In this document: positions 8,065-17,126 of the stretch, in pieces
Numbering within the stretch: the first letter of the stretch is position 1
How the letters are laid out: each line of letters opens with the position of its first letter
From: Bacteriovoracaceae bacterium
GTDB lineage: Bacteria; Bdellovibrionota; Bacteriovoracia; Bacteriovoracales; Bacteriovoracaceae
Direction of reading: 5' to 3'
Assembly: GCA_049599895.1 (NCBI GenBank)
Contig: JBMYPC010000001.1
Coordinates: 1 to 62,543, forward strand
DNA length: 62,543 bases
Made by a program: the position numbers and the translations under genes
The notes under the pieces: generated by a model
Told to the model about the DNA's origin: nothing
Seen by the model: only the letters and a program-made list of their open reading frames with translations
The model's database searches: none

Positions 8065-10210
8065 AGAGATTACGTTCAATCTTTGAAAGAGAGAGTGTTT
8101 CTCCAAAATTGATGAGAGTCCCATCCGGTTTTTGAAGAAAATAAGCAGGGACACCAACAAGTCCATTTTTATTTAAGAACTCTGTGATTTTAGGGTCGCT
8201 ATGGGTCCAGTCTCCCAAAAGAAGTTTAATATTTTTATCCTTAACAAGTTTTCGAAACTGATCTGTATCGATGATGGCCTTTTCATTAACCTTGCAGGTT
8301 AAACACCATTTTGCAGTGAAATCGATGAAGACATAATTTTCAGATTCTTTATAACTCTGCATTTTTTCAACACTCCAAGGCTCCCAAGTGCTTCCTGCGA
8401 CTTCAATAGTGTTTTTTGAAGAAAGATTTTTAGGTTGTTTTTGAATATTCAAAAAGGTTTTAATCGAAATCGTAATAATAAAAATGAGACCAAGAGTTCT
8501 CCAATGATTCGATCTGGCAATTTTATTGAAATAATAAACGCCAAAGAAAAAACAACTTAAAGTGAAAAGAACAAGAAAGAGGCTTTCAGGTCTTAGAGCA
8601 ACAAAGACATCAATAAGCCAAATAATTGTTATGATTAAGGCAAAACCTAAATACTTTTTAAGATGATCCATCCAAAGACCTGGCTTTGGAAGCCAAGTAA
8701 TGGTTTTTGGAAAGAGACCAATTAAAATAAAAGGAAAAGCGAGTCCTATTCCCATAGAAGTGAAAAGAATAAATGTCTCAAATGCACCAGCTGTAAAAGC
8801 GTAGGTGAGAGCTGTTCCAAGAAAAGGAGCACTACAAGGAGTTGAGAGAATGGTGGCAAGAACTCCGTTAAAGAAATCGCCAAAGGCCCCTTCTCTTAAC
8901 TGAACTGAACCAAGTTTTGAAGCCCCTGGAACTCTAAACTCAAAAAGACCAAAAAGATTTAATGTCATCAGCATAAGAACTAAAAGAATGACGTAAATAA
9001 AACTAGGTGATTGAAGTTGAAAGCCCCAGCCGATTGATTTACCACTGCTTAAAATTCCAATGATAACCAGAGCAAGAACCCAAAAACTTGTGAGAACTCC
9101 AAGAGAGTAGAAGAGATTATGCTTAAGAATGTCTTTATGAGAATGGTTTCGACTATTCACAAGTCCAAAAAGTTTTAAAGAGATGACCGGTAAAACACAG
9201 GGCATGACATTGAGAATAAGCCCTCCTAAGAAGGCCAGAAAAATTAAAGTGAAAAAGGATTGAGAAGTGGCCCCATCTTCCGTTTGGGCGGTGATTGTCT
9301 GGGGGCTAGTTATTTCTTTTTTTTTTGTTGAACCTTCAGGTTCAGGAAGAATTTTTTGAAAGCTTTGAGTGGTGACAAAGGATTTTTCAAGACCTGGATG
9401 ATAAACTAAAAACTTAAACTCTTGAGGAGATTTAAAGCTTCCAGTTTTAGGAAGTTCAACTTCAGGTTCAGCATAAATTCCATCCCAAGCAGTATTTAAA
9501 GACCCTTTGGCCTTACCTTCAAGAAGGCCCACTTTTTCAAGTTCTGGATCAAGAAGTTCATTGGGAAAAGGGGAGACTATTGCATGATTGGGATCAAGTT
9601 TTTTGACATCTTGAAAGCTTGCTTCATAAAGAAAGGTTAAGGATTCTCTTGTCGCATCTTGATAGGCAAGCGACATCTTAAAGGGAAATTGAGACTTATA
9701 AACTTCAGGAAGATTCTCAAAGCGCTTTAAGGTTTCTCTTTTTGAAATTTTTGAAGAATGATTGGCCCCTTTAAGAGTCAGGTTTTTTTGTCCAGGAATA
9801 CAGATGTCTTTGCAGATAAGGTAGGCGACTTTTGCATTTAGCTCTGTTGATTTATCAAAGCCCTTTGGGAGTTTGAAAAAAAGCGAGTATTCGTTGGAGT
9901 AACCATAGGCAATGATGCCACCTTTTTCTTTATAGAGTTTAGGTGTTGGCCATTCAAGCTCTTCAAAGGTGAGCTTTTGATTATTTCTTGAAAACTCTGG
10001 TTTAAGAGCAATACCTGCAGAACCTGGGTTTTTCCAATAGGTATGCCATTTAGGTTCATTTTTAAAGTTGAGAACGAGATACTCTGAGTTTTCGTGGGAC
10101 CAATAATGGGCCGAGAGATCAACAAGTTTTGAAGCGTCAACGTCTTGAGCAAATGCACTTGAAAAAGAAGATAAGAAAAATAAAAGAATAAAGTTTTTAA
10201 GAACTTTCAT
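8063..10210 (-). CDS. dsbD: Thiol:disulfide interchange protein DsbD family (N-terminal periplasmic domain, transmembrane core, C-terminal thioredoxin)
   Basis: A signal peptide is present. The N-domain contains CKDICIP. The membrane core has the paired Cys motifs MPCVLPV and STPCSAPF. The C-terminal thioredoxin fold carries WCLTCK. Confidence 0.85.
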   Translation of the reverse strand: MKVLKNFILLFFLSSFSSAFAQDVDASKLVDLSAHYWSHENSEYLVLNFKNEPKWHTYWKNPGSAGIALKPEFSRNNQKLTFEELEWPTPKLYKEKGGIIAYGYSNEYSLFFKLPKGFDKSTELNAKVAYLICKDICIPGQKNLTLKGANHSSKISKRETLKRFENLPEVYKSQFPFKMSLAYQDATRESLTFLYEASFQDVKKLDPNHAIVSPFPNELLDPELEKVGLLEGKAKGSLNTAWDGIYAEPEVELPKTGSFKSPQEFKFLVYHPGLEKSFVTTQSFQKILPEPEGSTKKKEITSPQTITAQTEDGATSQSFFTLIFLAFLGGLILNVMPCVLPVISLKLFGLVNSRNHSHKDILKHNLFYSLGVLTSFWVLALVIIGILSSGKSIGWGFQLQSPSFIYVILLVLMLMTLNLFGLFEFRVPGASKLGSVQLREGAFGDFFNGVLATILSTPCSAPFLGTALTYAFTAGAFETFILFTSMGIGLAFPFILIGLFPKTITWLPKPGLWMDHLKKYLGFALIITIIWLIDVFVALRPESLFLVLFTLSCFFFGVYYFNKIARSNHWRTLGLIFIITISIKTFLNIQKQPKNLSSKNTIEVAGSTWEPWSVEKMQSYKESENYVFIDFTAKWCLTCKVNEKAIIDTDQFRKLVKDKNIKLLLGDWTHSDPKITEFLNKNGLVGVPAYFLQKPDGTLINFGETLSLSKIERNL

Positions 10211-10591
10211 AACTGGTCGTACCCTAATTTCTGTAGGTGAGATGTCTTTAAAAATAATAACATGCCCGAAAAACAGTTTGGTAGTTAAACTGTCAGTTAA
10301 AGGTCAATTCTGTTTGGACAGTGAGATGAGGGGCTTTAGCCATTATGGCCCTTATCATTGGAGATGGTTTCAAAAGCGAAATTTCTAAGATGTAAGAAAG
10401 ACTATTGCACCAAGTAAGAGAAGAGCATTAACTGTTTGAATTTAAAGGGGAATCTCTTCTCCATTCAATCTTTAAATCTTAATCTATCTAAAGCCTTGAA
10501 ATAATTCAGAAATTTACCTTGCTCCCCTCTACTTAATTGATTAAAAACATCGGAAAAGTTCAAAATCTAATGAAACCCATGGAGTTATAAA

Positions 10592-11884
10592 GTGAGACGC
10601 ATCTTAATTAGTACAGCAGTTATTTTACTTGTTTCGGGACTATCTAACTATGTCTTCGCTGTCTCTGGTGAGAACTTTGAATACCACGGTTATTTTCGCT
10701 CCGGGATCGGTTCAAACTCTAAAGGGGGAGACCAAACTTGTTTTTCTAACGGCGGAAACGGTGGGGGAAATGAGTTTCGTATTGGAAACGAATGTACGAC
10801 CTATGGGGAAGTTGCTTTTACTGGACATCACCTTAAAGGAAAGGGTCCAAACGCGCCATTTTTTAAATCACAATTTCGTATGGCCTTTGAAGTTGAAGCT
10901 CACTCTGATTACGAACAAGATCAAGGAGATAAAGGGCCAGCTTTTAGAGAAGTTTATGTTGAAGGTGGAAACCTTGATGGGATCCCTTTAAGCTATTGGG
11001 CCGGTAAGAGATTTTATCGAGATCAGGATGCTTTTATTAGTGACTGGTATTATATGTCTGATCTCTCTGCTCCTGGTGCAGGATTTGGAAACATTCCATT
11101 TCTTGGGCTTGGAAAAGCTCATATTGCTTATATTAAAAGAGTCGATGATTCAGCTCAAACCGATATTGGTTACGTTTCCCATAATGTTTATGATTTAAGA
11201 ATTAAAGACATTAAGATTCCAGACTTAGGAAGTGTTCAATTATGGCTTGCTTATGCCAATAACCCGAGTTCTCGGAACCTCACAAATGGGACAACTTATT
11301 CAGATAATGAAGGTCTTGCTGGAGGGTTTCTCTTTTCACAAAGTATCTTAGGAGGCTTTAATAACTTCTCAATTGTGTATGGTCGCGGACTAATGCAAGG
11401 GTTAAACATTTATGGAACGACCTTAACTGAGTATCAAAGTGATGCCCAATACGACCAAGAAGATTCTAGCCGAATCAGAATTGTTGATCACGCAACATTT
11501 TCTTTAAGTCCTGAGCTTGAACTTCATGGGATTGCAGCTATTGAGTTGAGAGATAATGGATCACTAACTGACTCAAAAGAAAACTGGTATTCTATAGGAG
11601 TTCAACCTGTTTATAAAGTGACTGATCATTACCAACTCGTAAGTGTCCTTGGGCACTCTCAGGTTGAAGCTGATAAGCAAAATACTCGAAGGCTTACTCG
11701 TTTTACTCTTGCACCGCAGGTCACTGCTGGAAGAAGCATTTGGGCAAGACCTGTTTTTCGTGTTTTCTATACTCGTACATGGTGGAACGAGGCCAACAAA
11801 GGTCGTGTAGAGAGTGGGACTTCGGCGTACCGCAATACAGATCATGCAAGCTCTTGGGGATTCCAGGGAGAGGTCTGGTTTTAG
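10592..11884 (+). CDS. lamB: Maltoporin / LamB-family carbohydrate porin
   Basis: A GTG start follows a ggag RBS, and a signal peptide is present. The region FYRDQDAFISDWYY and the aromatic C-terminus WGFQGEVWF both resemble LamB. The gene lies inside the mal cluster. Confidence 0.75.
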   Translation: MRRILISTAVILLVSGLSNYVFAVSGENFEYHGYFRSGIGSNSKGGDQTCFSNGGNGGGNEFRIGNECTTYGEVAFTGHHLKGKGPNAPFFKSQFRMAFEVEAHSDYEQDQGDKGPAFREVYVEGGNLDGIPLSYWAGKRFYRDQDAFISDWYYMSDLSAPGAGFGNIPFLGLGKAHIAYIKRVDDSAQTDIGYVSHNVYDLRIKDIKIPDLGSVQLWLAYANNPSSRNLTNGTTYSDNEGLAGGFLFSQSILGGFNNFSIVYGRGLMQGLNIYGTTLTEYQSDAQYDQEDSSRIRIVDHATFSLSPELELHGIAAIELRDNGSLTDSKENWYSIGVQPVYKVTDHYQLVSVLGHSQVEADKQNTRRLTRFTLAPQVTAGRSIWARPVFRVFYTRTWWNEANKGRVESGTSAYRNTDHASSWGFQGEVWF

Positions 11885-11991
11885 TCCTTTAGGCTTCTTT
11901 CTTAAGACCATAATATTTAGACAAAATATGAGATTATTGTTAGCCTTGGTGCGTATGATCATACCATTAACTCATCATCTGGAAGTTCGAT

Positions 11992-13092
11992 ATGTGCCAG
12001 CTCACGCTTAAAAATATTCAAAAGTCTTATGGGTCTACTAAAGTTGTTCACGATTTTAATTTAGATATTCAAGATAAAGAGTTTGTCGTCCTCGTTGGAC
12101 CTTCGGGTTGTGGTAAATCAACGACTTTAAGAATGATTGCAGGCCTTGAAGACATCTCAGCTGGTGAGCTTATAAAAAATGAAACAGTCATCAACCACCT
12201 TCCTCCTGGAGATCGTGGGGTGGCCATGGTTTTCCAAGACTACGCCCTTTATCCCCACATGACTGTTTTTGAGAATATGGCCTTTTCACTTCGCCTTAAA
12301 AAATTTAAAGAAGAAGAAATTCAATCACGAGTTCATCAAGCGGCTGAAATGCTTGATCTTACTCCTTATCTTCAAAGAAAACCTGCGGCATTATCAGGTG
12401 GGCAAAGGCAAAGGGTTGCTATGGGAAGAGCTGTTGTGAAAAGAGCAGAAGTCTTTCTCTTTGATGAGCCTCTTTCAAACCTTGATGCTAAGCTTCGTCA
12501 TAAAATGCGATCTGAAATTAAAAAGTTTCATCAAAAATCAAAAACAACCACTGTTTATGTTACCCATGATCAATTAGAGGCAATGACTCTTGCGGATCGT
12601 TTGGTTGTGATGAAAGACGGCCTGGTTGAACAAGAGGGGACACCTCTTGAGGTCTTTGATTTTCCAAAAACCAAGTTTGTTGCCTCTTTTATTGGGAATC
12701 CTTCAATGAACTTTCTTAATTGCTCAATTGAAAAAGAGGGCGAGGGTTATTTCATTAAAGATCAGGCGAACTCTTTTCAACTCAAACTTCCTGAAGGAAA
12801 GTCGAAAAATTTAGAAGACGGTCAATCTGTCATTCTCGGTATTCGTCCAAGTGATGTGTATCTTTCTCATGAAGATGATCATCACAAAGAATGGCGAGTA
12901 GAAGGCAAGGTTGATATTATCGAGCTTCTTGGTAAGAATGCTTTTCTTTCAGTTAATATTGGTGATGAAGAATGTATTAGTGAAGTTATGGGAAGAGAGC
13001 TTCCAAGAGAAGGTGAAACTCTTCATTTCACATTCAATTTAGACCATATTCATCTTTTTGATCCAAAAACAGAGAAAAACCTCCATCTTTAA
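11992..13092 (+). CDS. malK: Maltose/maltodextrin ABC transporter ATP-binding protein (MalK/MsmX type)
   Basis: The ABC ATPase motifs are all present: Walker A GPSGCGKST, Q-loop, signature LSGGQRQR and Walker B FLFDEPLSNLD. A C-terminal regulatory/TOBE-like domain follows. Confidence 0.85.
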   Translation: MCQLTLKNIQKSYGSTKVVHDFNLDIQDKEFVVLVGPSGCGKSTTLRMIAGLEDISAGELIKNETVINHLPPGDRGVAMVFQDYALYPHMTVFENMAFSLRLKKFKEEEIQSRVHQAAEMLDLTPYLQRKPAALSGGQRQRVAMGRAVVKRAEVFLFDEPLSNLDAKLRHKMRSEIKKFHQKSKTTTVYVTHDQLEAMTLADRLVVMKDGLVEQEGTPLEVFDFPKTKFVASFIGNPSMNFLNCSIEKEGEGYFIKDQANSFQLKLPEGKSKNLEDGQSVILGIRPSDVYLSHEDDHHKEWRVEGKVDIIELLGKNAFLSVNIGDEECISEVMGRELPREGETLHFTFNLDHIHLFDPKTEKNLHL

Positions 13093-13122
13093 TCATAAAT
13101 CATAAATTTCGCTGCGATGGTG

Positions 13123-14040
13123 TTAGCCCTTTGAGCCACCCATCGCAAGACCTGAAACAATGTACTTGTGAATCGACATAAAAATCGCTGAGATTGGAAA
13201 TGCTCCAATGAGACAAGCTGCCGCGAATTGTCCCCACCGTGATGAGAAGGCCTCTGAAATAAAGATCTGAATCCCTACAGCGAAGGTCATCTTGTCCTGA
13301 GACTTAAGAAGAACACTTGGCAAAATAAAGTCGCTGAAAGTGTTGATGAAGGTCAAAAGCCCAACAACTGCGAGAATCGGTGTACTGAGAGGAAGAACGA
13401 TTCTCCAAAAAGCTTGAAGTCTCGTACAGCCATCCATAATCGCTGACTCTTCGATGGATTTTGGAATCGTATCGAAATAACCTTTAATCAACCATATATT
13501 AAAAGGTGTCCCACCAAGATAAACGAGAATGAGTCCGCCGTGGCTATCGGTTCCAAGTCCAGGGATATATTGACCGATGAAATCGAGCATAAAGTAAAAG
13601 GCAATCATCGCCATAAGGTTTGGAAACATTTGGATAATCATAAGGGTCAGAAGAGAGCCTTGTTTTCCCTTGAAACTGAATCTTGAAAGAGCGTAAGCAG
13701 AAGTTGTGGAAAGAAGAAGCATAAGGACTGCTGAAATAGAGGCCACTTTTATTGAGTTCCACATCCATTTAAGAATCGGAAAGGCCGAAACGACTTCTTT
13801 TCCTGTCACTGAGTCAATATAAGGAATCCCAAGGATATATTTCCAATGATTAAGACTTAGGGCTTCAGGAATAAGCTTTGAGCCGATACTCCCTGTTGGG
13901 TTAAAGCTAATTGAGAGGATATAAAACACGGGAAAAAGGACGATGAGAAGTCCAGTGAGAAGAAAGAGGTGTTTTGCCAGCTCTTCAATCTGCTTTTTCT
14001 TTTGGTGAATGTCTTTGTTGTTATTTTGAACTTGATTCAT
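13123..14040 (-). CDS. malG: Maltodextrin ABC transporter permease MalG
   Basis: This is a six-helix-type permease. It contains the EAA-loop region IEESAIMDGCTRLQAFWRIVLP. It lies directly downstream of the malF-like gene. Confidence 0.8.
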   Translation of the reverse strand: MNQVQNNNKDIHQKKKQIEELAKHLFLLTGLLIVLFPVFYILSISFNPTGSIGSKLIPEALSLNHWKYILGIPYIDSVTGKEVVSAFPILKWMWNSIKVASISAVLMLLLSTTSAYALSRFSFKGKQGSLLTLMIIQMFPNLMAMIAFYFMLDFIGQYIPGLGTDSHGGLILVYLGGTPFNIWLIKGYFDTIPKSIEESAIMDGCTRLQAFWRIVLPLSTPILAVVGLLTFINTFSDFILPSVLLKSQDKMTFAVGIQIFISEAFSSRWGQFAAACLIGAFPISAIFMSIHKYIVSGLAMGGSKG

Positions 14041-14053
14041 ATTGGCTCCATGG

Positions 14054-15577
14054 TCACGATTGAGAACTTTCTTCTGTCATGCCAGAAAGCTTGAAGTTAA
14101 TAAGAGTAAGAATCGCAATAATAATAAAAATCAAAATGGAGATACTACTGGCAAGACCAAAGTTTTGACCTTGGCCACCTTCAAAGGCCAGTCGATAGGT
14201 ATAAGAGATAAGGATATCTGTATGTCCTACAGGAGTCGTTGCTCCTGGCATTGGCGGTCCGCCACCAGTGAGAAGATAAATCCCAACAAAGTTATTAAGA
14301 TTAAAAGCAAACGAACCTACTAATAATGGGCCAATCGCTGACATAATCAGAGGAAGTGTGATCTTTTTAAGAATGGCAAAGCGACCAGCTCCATCAAGTC
14401 TTGCGGCTTCATAGACAGAGTCGGGAATTGATTGAAGGATACCTGTCGTGACAAGAAACATATAGGGAAAGCCAAGCCAAAGATTGACCAGAAGACAAGA
14501 AATCTTGGTCATTAAGGGAGTTTCAAGCCAAGGGACTTTAGTAGCAAAGCCCAGAGCTTCAAGTCCTTGGTTAATGATTCCAAAGTCTTTATTGAGCATT
14601 CCTTTGAATATCAGTACTGAAATGAAAAATGGGATAGAGTAGGGAATAATGAAAAGCATTCGATAGAATTTCTTTCCCTTAAGAGTCTTGCTGTTCATAA
14701 AGACAGCAAGGAACATTCCGACAATAAATGTGAGCAAGACACTAAAAAATGCCCAGGCCAAAGTCCAAAGGAAGACTTTGACGAAAGGCCCTCGAATCTT
14801 TTGGTTCGAAAAGAGCTCGGCAAAGTTTGAAAACCCAACTTTCACATAAAAACCAGGGATAAGTTTTCTTTGATCATTTTCATAGAAACCTTCGTTGAGG
14901 TTTGGAGTAAAGACTTCTTTGGTTATTGTATTAACTAAGTTGTCACCTTTTAATCTGTAAAGATTTTGAAAGACACTGAGTCTGTTGGTTCGAAAATAGC
15001 GATAAAACCGATCAGAGTTTGGCAGGATAAAGTGAATTTCTTTAAGGTCTTTTTTAAGCTCAAAGACTTCCCCAAGACTTAGAATATTCGCTTCATTTTG
15101 TTTTGGGTGAGGAGGATCATCTCTTCCAAGGGCCACAGCTTTTCGAAAGGATCCTTTTGTTCCAAGGATTGCCGAATACTTTTGATCACCTTGGGTGGCA
15201 AGGATCTTATATTCTCCAGTTTCCTGTTTGAGAATTCGGTAATTCATAGTTGGAGATGATTCATCGATAACAACTTCTTCTAAAAGAGAAGAGAGAACTT
15301 CATTTTGAGAGAGGTAATGACCCGTACTCAGGTTGGTAAAACCAATAAAGATTGTAAAAATAATCGGAAGAATCATAAAAAGAAGAAAGGTGATAAGCCC
15401 TGGGTACATGAAACGATAGGCATAAGCTTTCTTATTTTGAAAGATCAGTATTGTGATTGCAGCAACGAAGAAAGTAAGGCCACTTAAAAAATAGTGACCA
15501 AGCTTTAGGAATGTCGCAAAAAAGACTACCGATAAGATTGTAAAAAGAGTAAGTCCTATTGAATTTAGTATTTTCAT
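14054..15577 (-). CDS. malF: Maltodextrin ABC transporter permease MalF (with large periplasmic loop)
   Basis: This is a 507-aa permease. It has a long loop between the early helices, as in MalF. It contains the EAA motif YEAARLDGAGRFAILKKITLP. Confidence 0.8.
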   Translation of the reverse strand: MKILNSIGLTLFTILSVVFFATFLKLGHYFLSGLTFFVAAITILIFQNKKAYAYRFMYPGLITFLLFMILPIIFTIFIGFTNLSTGHYLSQNEVLSSLLEEVVIDESSPTMNYRILKQETGEYKILATQGDQKYSAILGTKGSFRKAVALGRDDPPHPKQNEANILSLGEVFELKKDLKEIHFILPNSDRFYRYFRTNRLSVFQNLYRLKGDNLVNTITKEVFTPNLNEGFYENDQRKLIPGFYVKVGFSNFAELFSNQKIRGPFVKVFLWTLAWAFFSVLLTFIVGMFLAVFMNSKTLKGKKFYRMLFIIPYSIPFFISVLIFKGMLNKDFGIINQGLEALGFATKVPWLETPLMTKISCLLVNLWLGFPYMFLVTTGILQSIPDSVYEAARLDGAGRFAILKKITLPLIMSAIGPLLVGSFAFNLNNFVGIYLLTGGGPPMPGATTPVGHTDILISYTYRLAFEGGQGQNFGLASSISILIFIIIAILTLINFKLSGMTEESSQS

Positions 15578-15602
15578 ATTGATTCCTTAAAACTTTTTTT
15601 GA

Positions 15603-17117
15603 TTAACTTAAAGTCCGATTGTACTCTTTCGTAAGAGCTTTAAGCTTCATCCAAGCCTCTGGAGAGTTGATCTTCTTTTCAAGCCGCCAAACCCAATTAT
15701 TCTCTACTGTACCAGGAAGATTGAATCTTGCATTGCCTCCTAGACCCAAGATATCTTGAACCGGAAATACTGAGATCAAGGCCCTGGACTTTAAAAGAGT
15801 CTCAATAAGATCCCATTCATCGATTTTGGAAACATCTTTTTTGTAAAAGTCTCGAAGGTTCTCTAAAACGGGACTTTCCTCTTCCTGATCGGATAAATAA
15901 GAGAGGATGGTGTCATTATCATGGGTTCCGGTGTAGCCAATCGAGTTTTCAAGAAAGTTGTCTGGGAGATGCTCGTTGGTCTCATCACTTCCAAAAGCGA
16001 ATTGAAGGATTTTCATTCCAGGAAGAGAAAAGTCATCTCTGAGTTTGACAACGTCATCACTAATGACCCCAAGGTCTTCAGCAATAAAAGGCATGTCTTT
16101 ATGTCTTTCTCTTAAAAGCTCAAGAATCTTTCTTCCAGGAGTTTTGACCCAATGACCATTTGTTGCATCTGGATCATTTGCAGGAATATGCCACAGGTTT
16201 TCAAAGCCTAAGAAGTGATCAATTCTTAAAATATCAAAAAGCTGAAGATTGTAATCAATTCTTTCCATCCACCATGAAAAGTTTTGTTCCTCGTGGTTTT
16301 CCCATTTATAGGTTGGAGTCGCCCATTTCTGGCCAGTCTCACTGAAATCATCAGGTGGAGCACCACTTTCCCAAATGAGAGTTCCGTCAGCCTTAAGGTT
16401 AAAGCCTTCTTGCCAGCTCCAAACATCCATACTGTGATGGGAGACGTAGATGGGCATATCTCCAATGAATTGAATTCCCTTTTCATTGGCATAGGACTTT
16501 AGCTCATCCCATTGTTTGTGAAAAATAAACTGACAAAACTTATGGAACTTAATATCTCCAGAGAGGATCTCTTGATACTCATCTAAAGTTTTTTGCTCTT
16601 TTGATTTAAGACCTGGATGCCAATTCGTCCACTTATTGCCAAGGCGATCAGTGAGGCTCAGAAAAAAAGAAAAGTCTTCAAGCCAGAAGTTTTGTTTGTC
16701 CTCAAAGTTTTGAAACTCTTTTAAAAGCGTTGATTTATTTGAAAGAGAACAAAACTGTCGAAAGGCTTCTTGAAGAACTTCTCGTTTATATTCTTTAACT
16801 CGAGGAAAGTTCATTCTCGATTCAGAATAGTTTTGATTCTTGAAATATTCAGGAATTGTTTCTAGTAAACCTTCTTCTAAAAGCTTATCCGGAGAGATTA
16901 AATAAATATTGGCCCCAAACGCTGAATATGCGGCATAAGGGCAGGCAATCTCGTCTGGATAGTTAAGAGGAAGGATTTGCCAAAAAGATTGAAAGGCATC
17001 TTTTAGCTGGTCTACAAAAGAATAGGCCTCTTGCCCTAAATCACCAATCCCATAATTCGATGGAAGAGAAGTGATATGAAGAAGGATTCCGGAGGTCTTA
17101 TTTTTTCCCATTATCAA
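15603..17117 (-). CDS. malQ: 4-alpha-glucanotransferase (amylomaltase, GH77)
   Basis: The N-terminus SGILLHITSLPSNYGIGDLG is typical of MalQ. Other matching segments are RIDHFLGF, IAEDLG and GTHDNDT. Confidence 0.9.
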   Translation of the reverse strand: MIMGKNKTSGILLHITSLPSNYGIGDLGQEAYSFVDQLKDAFQSFWQILPLNYPDEIACPYAAYSAFGANIYLISPDKLLEEGLLETIPEYFKNQNYSESRMNFPRVKEYKREVLQEAFRQFCSLSNKSTLLKEFQNFEDKQNFWLEDFSFFLSLTDRLGNKWTNWHPGLKSKEQKTLDEYQEILSGDIKFHKFCQFIFHKQWDELKSYANEKGIQFIGDMPIYVSHHSMDVWSWQEGFNLKADGTLIWESGAPPDDFSETGQKWATPTYKWENHEEQNFSWWMERIDYNLQLFDILRIDHFLGFENLWHIPANDPDATNGHWVKTPGRKILELLRERHKDMPFIAEDLGVISDDVVKLRDDFSLPGMKILQFAFGSDETNEHLPDNFLENSIGYTGTHDNDTILSYLSDQEEESPVLENLRDFYKKDVSKIDEWDLIETLLKSRALISVFPVQDILGLGGNARFNLPGTVENNWVWRLEKKINSPEAWMKLKALTKEYNRTLS

Positions 17118-17126
17118 TTTGAGAAA

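Noticed and set aside
10323-10333. GAGATGAGGGG resembling part of an E. coli MalT box (GGGGAKGAGG)
   Set aside because: It is only a partial, single-copy match. It is about 260 nt from the lamB start, and no malT gene is visible.
9838-11962. Nested or antisense track ORFs inside dsbD and lamB (9838-10158 -, 10629-10991 +, 11573-11962 -), and similar 60-130-aa ORFs nested in other long genes throughout the window
   Set aside because: All are fully embedded in longer ORFs that carry clear family motifs. They have no independent RBS or motif support.
13092-13105. Tandem ATCATAA x2 between the malK and malG stops
   Set aside because: It is a trivial 7-nt duplication in AT-rich sequence with no associated structure.
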